DNA of 64,000 nt, taken from the sequence record NC_048170.1, one strand, 5' to 3'. A program made the translations under genes and the position numbers. The stretch comes from Escherichia phage vB_EcoM_Goslar. A model generated the notes under the pieces. It ran no database searches. It was not told where the DNA came from and was given only the letters and a program-made list of their open reading frames with translations. The first letter of the stretch is position 1, and each line of letters begins with the position of its first letter. Positions 1 through 7,498 of the stretch are shown piece by piece.

Positions 1-30
1 CCTTCCCTGATGGGTTGGAGGAGGGTTATG
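1..30 (+). terminator. partial conserved stem-loop (plus-sense copy, truncated by the window edge) with UUAUG
   Basis: ccttccc-tgat-ggg-ttggaggaggg then ttatg; 5' arm lies outside the window. Confidence 0.4.
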
Positions 31-39
31 CCGTCAAGC

Positions 40-56
40 AAAAAAAAAAAAAAAAA
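40..56. repeat. A17 homopolymer tract
   Basis: 17 consecutive A residues, 10 nt after the UUAUG that follows the partial hairpin. Confidence 0.9.
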
Positions 57-101
57 TGATAGTCACAGGCTCTCCAATGAAGGAGAGCCGTGACCGTCAG
101 T

Positions 102-803
102 TTAGGATGCGGATAATCTCGTGTACTTCTGGCGAATATGATTCTTACGGCGAACTTCGTCATCCTCGTCACGCCATTCGAGATAAGCAACGAATCGACG
201 TAACTGCGCTGCAGTCATCGCTGACGAGCGATCTTCTACATCTAGAACAACGTAACGAACGTCACCAACGCCATCGCAATCGACGTAACTGAATACCAAA
301 AGGCCATCGCCGTATTCAACGATGGTAACTTCGAATCGTTTATCGAACAAATAAAACAGTTCCGATTCAATGATCATCGGAATGACGCACATATCAGGAC
401 GATTGAGGATTTCCATCATCACCCGTAACGCGCGAGGAGTATGGCGAGCGAACTGGTCGTTAAAACGTTGTTTCATCGCTTGTTCCACACCATCTGTTTT
501 TGTTCCAAACCACGGACGTACTACAGATTTCGGTGGTGTAAGACGAAAGCGATATGCTTGTATAAACAACAGAATATCAGCGACGTTGGGAAATTCTTCC
601 TGGTCTTCGTATATCTTGCGGATAATATCCGGAATCGTAACCATCAAGTATTTCTTATCGCCTCCTACTTTCTCGAGATTAGCAATATGCCCTTCTACCA
701 CCGGCAGGTAAACGAAATTATACCAATGACGGTATCTTTCGGTACGTTGGTAGTTTGGGATAAAATTAAGAATACTACTCACTGCGCGTTTTAATGGGTT
801 CAT
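102..803 (-). CDS. hypothetical protein
   Basis: 233-aa ORF, ATG start at 801-803, no recognisable motif; follows the partial hairpin and A17 tract at the window start. Confidence 0.5.
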   Translation of the reverse strand: MNPLKRAVSSILNFIPNYQRTERYRHWYNFVYLPVVEGHIANLEKVGGDKKYLMVTIPDIIRKIYEDQEEFPNVADILLFIQAYRFRLTPPKSVVRPWFGTKTDGVEQAMKQRFNDQFARHTPRALRVMMEILNRPDMCVIPMIIESELFYLFDKRFEVTIVEYGDGLLVFSYVDCDGVGDVRYVVLDVEDRSSAMTAAQLRRFVAYLEWRDEDDEVRRKNHIRQKYTRLSAS

Positions 804-817
804 CGGAAGGATCCTTC

Positions 818-1231
818 TTATGTTTTAATATGCGCATCGTCAATCCCCTCGGTAATCCAGCCGATGGGAAGGACAATCGTTGTTATCCTGTTATGGGTGT
901 AGTGGTTGAGAAAATGGAAATAGTAATTTTTGTTAGACTGTTCGATCCGCAGGTCGAGATGCGCGTCTTCAGGTAACCGCAACCAAGCGCCGTACAGTTC
1001 ATTAAACTTACGCTGAATTTTACCGGGGTTCATTGGAACCCCACGACCGTGGTGGTGTAGCTGACGCAATGATTCAATCAAACACTCAGAGATACCCGTT
1101 GTCGTTCCGTTATCGCTTGTATCAATAACGATGAACTCTCGTGACCCACGACCGAGATAAAAACCGGCGACAAAAGCTGCAGCAACAAAAATTATCGTAC
1201 CGATACCAATATACCAATAGTAAGTATCCAT
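818..1231 (-). CDS. hypothetical membrane protein (single N-terminal TM helix)
   Basis: Track ORF 818..1252 starts at TTG; first ATG at 1229-1231 has SD GTGAGGT; hydrophobic stretch YWYIGIGTIIFVAAAFVAGFYLG. Confidence 0.45.
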   Translation of the reverse strand: MDTYYWYIGIGTIIFVAAAFVAGFYLGRGSREFIVIDTSDNGTTTGISECLIESLRQLHHHGRGVPMNPGKIQRKFNELYGAWLRLPEDAHLDLRIEQSNKNYYFHFLNHYTHNRITTIVLPIGWITEGIDDAHIKT

Positions 1232-1242
1232 AACGACCTCAC

Positions 1243-1770
1243 TTATACCCAATAGTCGGCAAGCGGTTTTACCTTATTAATGGGCAACTGTACTTTACCG
1301 ATGTTCTCTACATCCGCATCAGCGTAGAGAACAATTTTATCGTCGTCTCTTTCCCAACGAATAGTAAATCGGCCAGGAAGAAGATTACCCTGTTCAAGAG
1401 ACGCAGTAACCTGTTGTGTTAATACAGACAGCCAAGCAGGCATCAGTGTTGCAACATCTAAGTCATTTGACCACTCAGCGCGTTGCTCCACTGGGCGTAA
1501 CATACGTTCGACGGTGCGTTGAACTGTTGCGGTGATATAGCCTTTATCTTCGTCACTGATTGGATCAGGGCGAGACACAAAACGTTCAGCAGGCTTGTGG
1601 GTAATATATTCATGCAAATCGATGAGTGGTGTTGTCATAGTACTCGCTCCATCAGAATGTAATTGGGTAACCCGTAGGGTTGTCTGCATGCTATTCAGAA
1701 GCGCAAAAGCGCCATAAACAACAATGATGCTAAGTACGACCAAAACAGAAATCATTAATGTGTATTGCAT
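1243..1770 (-). CDS. hypothetical membrane protein (N-terminal TM helix)
   Basis: ORF 1243..1776; start moved to the second ATG (SD AGGAG 7 nt upstream); N-terminal hydrophobic segment LMISVLVVLSIIVVYGAFALL. Confidence 0.45.
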   Translation of the reverse strand: MQYTLMISVLVVLSIIVVYGAFALLNSMQTTLRVTQLHSDGASTMTTPLIDLHEYITHKPAERFVSRPDPISDEDKGYITATVQRTVERMLRPVEQRAEWSNDLDVATLMPAWLSVLTQQVTASLEQGNLLPGRFTIRWERDDDKIVLYADADVENIGKVQLPINKVKPLADYWV

Positions 1771-1871
1771 TGTCATCTCCTACTCACACGTATCTTGAAG
1801 ATTAGTTAAAATCAACAAAAGAAAAAACGATATAAAGCAAGGTCCTCTGATATCAGAGGACCTTGGATCAA

Positions 1872-2528
1872 TTAGCTTGCAGCTTCTTCATTTGTATCAG
1901 GTTTGCTTCCCCCTAACAAACCGTCAAACAGACCCGTATGTTTCAGGTAGAAGAGAGCGATAGCGCCCATCGCTGCTGCGCTCGTCGCCGTTAACGCAAC
2001 CCCAGCACGATACTGCCATTTACGGTCAGGCTTTTGATCAAGCGCCATACGACGCATGTATTCAGCCTCTGCCTCATTCCGATGAATTTCGGATTCGGCC
2101 AGACGGGCTAAGGTATCGCGGTCAAGGTTATCATAACGTACGTTCATGGTGGTTTCCTCTTGTTTGGAAGTTGATTGCTTAGTGGATTCTTGGTCAACAG
2201 TCGTTTCAGTTGGTTCAAACGGCTGGTTGTTCATTTTCTGATCTTTATTGGTCATGATAGACTCCTTCGATTTTTGAGATGAAATTGATTTAAACCATCG
2301 TGGATGGCGGTATTCGGTTTTACAGGTACAGTTAAGTTTCTCGTGCAGGAAAGCGTAAAAACGTTTTGCGCCTACACGTAAGGCTTTCAGCATTACCCAT
2401 CCACGAGCACTCAAACGGTGTAGCTGTTGCGGTATGTCTAGTTTCCTAGCCAAGCGAAAGTATCTTTCAATCACTTCGATAGGAAACCATTGTTGTTCCA
2501 CATCGGTGAGACTGAAAGTCTTATCCAT
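1872..2528 (-). CDS. hypothetical protein with C-terminal hydrophobic segment
   Basis: 218-aa ORF, ATG at 2526-2528; promoter-like motif D lies 25-50 nt upstream. Confidence 0.5.
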   Translation of the reverse strand: MDKTFSLTDVEQQWFPIEVIERYFRLARKLDIPQQLHRLSARGWVMLKALRVGAKRFYAFLHEKLNCTCKTEYRHPRWFKSISSQKSKESIMTNKDQKMNNQPFEPTETTVDQESTKQSTSKQEETTMNVRYDNLDRDTLARLAESEIHRNEAEAEYMRRMALDQKPDRKWQYRAGVALTATSAAAMGAIALFYLKHTGLFDGLLGGSKPDTNEEAAS

Positions 2529-2551
2529 GAATGAAATCTCGCTGGCTTACT

Positions 2552-2576
2552 TCACTTAAGTAATATAGCCGTGAAA
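2552..2576 (-). promoter_or_regulatory. conserved promoter-like motif, copy D
   Basis: Minus-sense TTTCACGGCTATATTACTTAAGTGA, 25-50 nt upstream of the 2528 start. Confidence 0.4.
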
Positions 2577-2678
2577 AATGTTGGATTAAGTTAAATACCG
2601 CAACCGCAGCTAATTTTATAGGCTTTTAGCCTAAACCAATCATCTTCGGAATCATCATCTTTGAAACAGGAATCTATC

Positions 2679-3500
2679 ATGGAAAAAGTATTTGTTTGTA
2701 AGTTGTTTACCAACGGCAATAGCCAACCAATGTATCTGACCGATCCAGTTCTGGGTAATCGGAACAGTACCGTATTCAAAGAAGCTTTCGAATACGCTAA
2801 AAATAAAGCCGTGAGAACGCTGACGTCTGATGACTGTATCAACGGTATCACGTGGGCAGAGTTATTCGGTGATGCTGTTAGACACTTCGTTCAGAACGCA
2901 AGAAAACAGGAAATCAGTCTCACGACTATCGTTGTGCGCGAAAACGCAGAAATTTTATCAAACGTTTTAGTTGATTTTAATGACGTTTGCGTGTTTAATC
3001 CAGAGAACACGTTTGAACAATATCTTACTGCCCTGAACAACCAGCTCGGTAAAGATATTCATCCCGAATTCGCCAAGTTAACATATCAGTTACTTTTTGA
3101 TGACATCGATCCAAATACGAAGATCAATACCAGCTCGTCACACCTGGTAAAGAAATACGGATCGGTTCTTGCTACGGCAACACCCACCACCGATGGCGGT
3201 TATGATATCGAATTGGATGGTCCATTAAAAGAACAAGAGCCTACTGGGGTTAGGGCGGTACATCACAACCTCGTCGTTAAATCTGATGGATGCGATGAAC
3301 ATTACGCTATGATAAACGATGAAAACAATTACCGTTTAAGTCAAGCGATTGGTGTTCTACGCTATACCGAACCCACTGTTGTAGACGATTATACATCGAC
3401 AACAACGCACACCACGTGTTTCATTTTCATTTATCCCAATGAAAGTGTGTACATTACTGACTGCTACGGCAACACTGTAGATAGCCTACGTCGTTACTAA
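2679..3500 (+). CDS. hypothetical protein
   Basis: Track ORF begins at TTG 2661; first ATG at 2679 has AGGA 9 nt upstream; followed by a hairpin plus T-tract terminator. Confidence 0.5.
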   Translation: MEKVFVCKLFTNGNSQPMYLTDPVLGNRNSTVFKEAFEYAKNKAVRTLTSDDCINGITWAELFGDAVRHFVQNARKQEISLTTIVVRENAEILSNVLVDFNDVCVFNPENTFEQYLTALNNQLGKDIHPEFAKLTYQLLFDDIDPNTKINTSSSHLVKKYGSVLATATPTTDGGYDIELDGPLKEQEPTGVRAVHHNLVVKSDGCDEHYAMINDENNYRLSQAIGVLRYTEPTVVDDYTSTTTHTTCFIFIYPNESVYITDCYGNTVDSLRRY

Positions 3501-3506
3501 TCGTCG

Positions 3507-3533
3507 AGCCTGTCCTTCGGGGCAGGCTTTTTA
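3507..3533 (+). terminator. rho-independent terminator (GC hairpin with TTCG loop, then TTTTT)
   Basis: agcctgtcc-ttcg-gggcaggct followed by tttttat immediately after the stop of the 2679..3500 gene. Confidence 0.6.
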
Positions 3534-3603
3534 TGCTGTTAAATATCCGGAATAAGAATTAACAAAATAGGAAAATGGTGTGAATATAACACAAAGGAGG
3601 GAG

Positions 3604-3726
3604 ATGATTATGTTACTCATTCTAATGGAGAGAGCATTGCTGGCGGGTATCTGCGCATTCTCTGTTAAACACGCTGTTGCTATCATGGCTGAAGAAAGGC
3701 GTAATACGCATAATGTATTACGCTGA
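3604..3726 (+). CDS. possible small hydrophobic peptide (40 aa), not in the ORF track
   Basis: ATG at 3604 preceded by AAGGAGG with 4-nt spacing; translation MIMLLILMERALLAGICAFSVKHAVAIMAEERRNTHNVLR; below the track's length cut-off. Confidence 0.3.
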   Translation: MIMLLILMERALLAGICAFSVKHAVAIMAEERRNTHNVLR

Positions 3727-3835
3727 AAACACTGTGTGCATTAGTGTATGACGAGAAATCGTCGAGGCCCCCGTCTTCACGAGGGCCAACACCTATGCAT
3801 GATTATCCATCGTCTGTTAAACAAAGGTTATAAAC

Positions 3836-4144
3836 ATGAGCAATTTGAACGTTGAGTTTACTTCAACAACGCCTGTCATGAATGGTGTTGGCACTGAAAC
3901 CAAAATCGTATTAGAACCCATTCCAGGGTTACGTGATCTCGGTGATTTTTATCAACTGATGCCGCGTATACGGAAGGCCTTAAACAGTATCGATCTTGAT
4001 TCTAATAAAGATTTCCAACACGATACAGAAAATACCGATCATGTGTTGCTGCCATCGGGGATCGCAAAATTCACCTACACGCAAACATTGAAAGCCTCCG
4101 ATGGTGAAATCCGTCGTTTTATCGTTGAAGTAGAAAGCGCATAA
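3836..4144 (+). CDS. hypothetical protein
   Basis: 102-aa ORF, ATG at 3836; ends at the conserved hairpin 4149-4180. Confidence 0.45.
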   Translation: MSNLNVEFTSTTPVMNGVGTETKIVLEPIPGLRDLGDFYQLMPRIRKALNSIDLDSNKDFQHDTENTDHVLLPSGIAKFTYTQTLKASDGEIRRFIVEVESA

Positions 4145-4148
4145 AAAC

Positions 4149-4180
4149 CATCCTCCCAACCCGTAAGGGAAGGGAGGATG
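4149..4180 (-). terminator. conserved intergenic stem-loop terminator
   Basis: catcctccc-aa-ccc-gtaa-ggg-aa-gggaggatg between convergent genes; minus-sense followed by UGGUUUUUAUGC. Confidence 0.55.
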
Positions 4181-4197
4181 AAATATGCCGTTAAACG

Positions 4198-4827
4198 TTA
4201 TTCAACAAACCCTGCGTTCAACAGATTGTCGTAAACACGATTAGCGACATCAACAGGAGAATGTGTGTTACTGGTGTCTATACACAACGTTTTCGCGTCG
4301 CCGAGATAGTCCATAAAATCCATGTAACGATAACGTCGTTTATTGAATGTCGCTTCATCGATGTTATCAAACATCTGATGTTTAGCGTGACGAACACGGA
4401 ACCGTCTTAAATACGTAGGATAGTCGATATCCAGATAAACATAGTAAGACGGCATGATAATCGACGGTAGGTTCGGCAACAATGCGTCAAACAACTTAAC
4501 GTTGGCATCATTAACCTGATAAACATACGTCGAAGCAATCGAACGATCGCTAAGCACAGTCTTCCCTTCGTTAAGGGCTGGATGAATCACCTTGTTGAAG
4601 AGATGATTGCGTTGCGACATCATCGCCAATAGCTCAGTTTCTGGATCGAATCTGTTCGTTGGCGTCTGATCTTCCAGGATAAGTTTACGAATGGCTTCTC
4701 CGTAGAGCGTACCACCAGGTTCGCGTACGACACAGACATTGTTTAAACGACTATGTAAAGACGAGATAACCGAACTCTTTCCTGAATAATCCAGGCCTTC
4801 AATAACGATATATTTATTACGAGACAT
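4198..4827 (-). CDS. tmk: thymidylate (dNMP) kinase-like protein
   Basis: P-loop IVIEGLDYSGKSS near the N-terminus, size about 210 aa; track start is TTG, first ATG at 4825-4827 has GGAG 9 nt upstream. Confidence 0.7.
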   Translation of the reverse strand: MSRNKYIVIEGLDYSGKSSVISSLHSRLNNVCVVREPGGTLYGEAIRKLILEDQTPTNRFDPETELLAMMSQRNHLFNKVIHPALNEGKTVLSDRSIASTYVYQVNDANVKLFDALLPNLPSIIMPSYYVYLDIDYPTYLRRFRVRHAKHQMFDNIDEATFNKRRYRYMDFMDYLGDAKTLCIDTSNTHSPVDVANRVYDNLLNAGFVE

Positions 4828-4843
4828 TCCCCGCTCCAATTAA

Positions 4844-6019
4844 CTACTTCGTTTTCGCCATTATCGGCTGCGATACTGTAATCTCGACCCGATCGACATC
4901 GGTACGTTTAACGATGATAAGGCTGCGTTCATCACCGAATGGTTCTGAGATCTTACAAGCCTCTTTAAGATTTTCGAGAATCTTGCCATGGGGTTCAAAC
5001 ACCGCAAAACCGGAACTAGCGTCGATTCTTATTAGACTTACACGCGTGCCGTTTACGGTAATAACATCTTCCGTCTTGAATTCACAACAGGAGGGTAGAC
5101 GGAACTGGCCGGGAATACCGGCTACGTATGCCTCACCACCGAACATTTCTATTAACGTCACTGGTTTGAATGTTTTCTCTGGGAAAGCATTATTAAGGAT
5201 ATCGTTTCCATTCACAAACCAGATCGTTACTTTATCTTCGGAATACGCTAGTCGGTACGGTTGGGTTGCGGACGCTTGCGCTTTATGTTGGTTAAACAAC
5301 TTTGATTTTGTCGCAATCACAGCACGACCTTGGGCGTCAAAGTACAGAACTTCATACCCAACACATCCGATAAACACGCGACGGTTATTAAGTTCCGGAA
5401 TTCTGACTACTAACGCATTACCGTCTTCCGTCGGTGTAATGCCGCGTAGGACGATCGATTCGTTATTCAATACTGAGTTGTCCACAACGATGCTTCGCAT
5501 TACCGCTGGGGTTACTGTTTTATCTGCGGTAGGTTCAGGTTGCTCAGCAATGCGGTCAAAAGGTTCGATGGATACCATGGGAACGAAGTATTCAACTATA
5601 TGCTTGTTTGCAGCACCAACGTCCATGACGGTGATCTGCAAACGCGTAGCATCCGAATTCAATGCTTGTTTCACACGTTCTGCATTAGGAGTATCACGGT
5701 CAATACGAATCAAGGCTTTTACCACACCGTCGTCTTCCAACCATCCCGTTAAAACGCGACCGACGATATCGTTCACGTCACGAATCGGGAAGCACAGTTC
5801 AGCGCCATCGAGCACCGCTTCGATTTTACTGCTAATGACGGGCACCTTACCATCGTTAAGATGCGCCAGCAGACCGGTTAATGCACCTTCACTAACCGGA
5901 TGTTTTGTCGTCGTACTGACCAACGGTACGATAAAACGATCTTCGCTGTATTTCTCTGCACCACAGATAACCGGGACTTGAGGGCATCGATCAACCAGAC
6001 CCCATTCAACGGTATTCAT
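4844..6019 (-). CDS. hypothetical protein
   Basis: Long ORF 4844..6097 (TTG start); internal ATG at 6017-6019 has the strong SD AAGAAGGA and avoids overlap with the upstream RuvC-like gene; 5' end uncertain. Confidence 0.45.
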   Translation of the reverse strand: MNTVEWGLVDRCPQVPVICGAEKYSEDRFIVPLVSTTTKHPVSEGALTGLLAHLNDGKVPVISSKIEAVLDGAELCFPIRDVNDIVGRVLTGWLEDDGVVKALIRIDRDTPNAERVKQALNSDATRLQITVMDVGAANKHIVEYFVPMVSIEPFDRIAEQPEPTADKTVTPAVMRSIVVDNSVLNNESIVLRGITPTEDGNALVVRIPELNNRRVFIGCVGYEVLYFDAQGRAVIATKSKLFNQHKAQASATQPYRLAYSEDKVTIWFVNGNDILNNAFPEKTFKPVTLIEMFGGEAYVAGIPGQFRLPSCCEFKTEDVITVNGTRVSLIRIDASSGFAVFEPHGKILENLKEACKISEPFGDERSLIIVKRTDVDRVEITVSQPIMAKTK

Positions 6020-6053
6020 AACGTTTTTTCCTTCTTGGGTTTTGTACATGTTG

Positions 6054-6668
6054 CTAACGGCGTTTTGTACCGACCTTCCCATTTCGATGGTCATCAAGAA
6101 TACGCCATTCTTCGAACAGGAGTTCGGCTGCGAAATAACCTACAGCGATGCTGTCTATCGCATGCTCATCAAGATTCGCTAACACAACACCGTTTCTGGG
6201 TGTGATGTTCATGAGGTTCAACACTTTCTGGCGAACATCGTCCTTACCAACACGGGACGTCATGATCCCAACAGCACGTTTCGCGCTTCGGTTATCAACC
6301 CCTAAGAAAGACACCGTAGGATCAAAATCGATAACCGTTGTCTGAATCGCTGAAAACAGCTCGCTGAGCGCCATCCCGCTTTGCTTGAAACGACCGATGA
6401 ACGGTGTCTCACAAGCAACCGCTTGCGGCTGGTACTCTTGCAATAACGTTGTCAGCGAACGACGGTGTTCTTGGATACGTGCGGCACGATTACCGTATCC
6501 AAGCGCAATATCGCCATCAGGATCATATCGACGTGAAGCGTGCCATGTCCCCGCATACAGCAGTTCAATATCTTCGACACGCACGTCCAAACGTAGTAAC
6601 GACGCACCGAGTGTATCGGTGCCAGGGTCGATTGCCAGAATATCGTAAGCGTATTCTGGTGGGATCAT
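6054..6668 (-). CDS. ruvC: RuvC-like Holliday junction resolvase
   Basis: N-terminal ILAIDPGTDTLG (RuvC IDPG acidic motif), ACETPF, C-terminal DEHAIDSIAVG; ATG at 6666-6668 overlaps the upstream stop as ATGA. Confidence 0.6.
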   Translation of the reverse strand: MIPPEYAYDILAIDPGTDTLGASLLRLDVRVEDIELLYAGTWHASRRYDPDGDIALGYGNRAARIQEHRRSLTTLLQEYQPQAVACETPFIGRFKQSGMALSELFSAIQTTVIDFDPTVSFLGVDNRSAKRAVGIMTSRVGKDDVRQKVLNLMNITPRNGVVLANLDEHAIDSIAVGYFAAELLFEEWRILDDHRNGKVGTKRR

Positions 6669-7477
6669 GGTGTTACAACAGCCTCTACTGACCATGGGAA
6701 GGTTTTCGCAACAACACCTTCCAGGAAGCGTTCAACTTCCGATTGCTCATACACCGAAAGCTTTTCGAACGGCGTTTGGTCTTCGGTTAAACCTACCGCA
6801 TGAATAGGACCCAGGTCTTTAACCAGGGTAACTTCGCCTTTAACGCCTTCGCGCTTAACGATGATCGCATGATCGTTAACCTTGGGATCGTACAGCACGC
6901 GCATCATGGTTACCGCGTCATCCGGTTCATAACCGAAATCGATAGCAACACGAGCATTCGTCCCTTCATCGTCCAGAAGCTTGCTTAGCGCTTTACAACG
7001 GTCTTCAATCCAATCCAACGCCACCACGGTTTCTTGGCGTAGCTGAACCTCAACCTCTTTTCCTTGTTCGTCGATACGTTTCACGGTAACAAAATCGTGC
7101 AATAAACGGTCAGGAAGGAGAGAAGCAATAAGCTCAACGTCGGGTTCAGGTTTTTCGTTTTCCAGAATGATGGTCGCTTGTGCGTCCAGATGTTCTTTAA
7201 AACGGATGTAGCGCGTTAATCGCAGAACCTCGTCTTGGGATTTTGCGTTTTCGGGAATAATCTCCGTCATGACGTTATAAATCTTTTCAGCGAACGTCGG
7301 AATTACGGTGATTGTAATTCGTGCTGGCGTACCACGCTCCTGGTACTCATCGGCTAACTTCTTCGCCATCCCGTTAAAGTAGGTCTGGAGAAACGGTTGC
7401 TGCGTTAAAAACATTTTCTCCAGATCGGAATAGCGATGCTTGCGTGCATGGCCCAGCTTCTTCATCGGCTTTTTCAT
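6665..7477 (-). CDS. hypothetical protein
   Basis: About 270-aa ORF directly downstream of the SbcC-like gene; start chosen at the second ATG (AAGGA spacing 9). Confidence 0.45.
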   Translation of the reverse strand: MKKPMKKLGHARKHRYSDLEKMFLTQQPFLQTYFNGMAKKLADEYQERGTPARITITVIPTFAEKIYNVMTEIIPENAKSQDEVLRLTRYIRFKEHLDAQATIILENEKPEPDVELIASLLPDRLLHDFVTVKRIDEQGKEVEVQLRQETVVALDWIEDRCKALSKLLDDEGTNARVAIDFGYEPDDAVTMMRVLYDPKVNDHAIIVKREGVKGEVTLVKDLGPIHAVGLTEDQTPFEKLSVYEQSEVERFLEGVVAKTFPWSVEAVVTP

Positions 7478-7498
7478 CAACATAAATCCTTATTTATC

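Noticed and set aside
2591-2851. 86-aa minus-strand ORF overlapping the start of the 2679..3500 gene
   Set aside because: It overlaps a better-supported gene and the promoter-like motif region, with no ribosome-binding site.
4914-5981. 355-aa plus-strand ORF antisense to the 4844..6019 gene
   Set aside because: Ser/Thr/Arg-rich low-complexity translation with no SD; the minus-strand gene fits the operon context. Same reasoning applies to antisense ORFs 37337..38176, 38489..39220 and 57460..58332.
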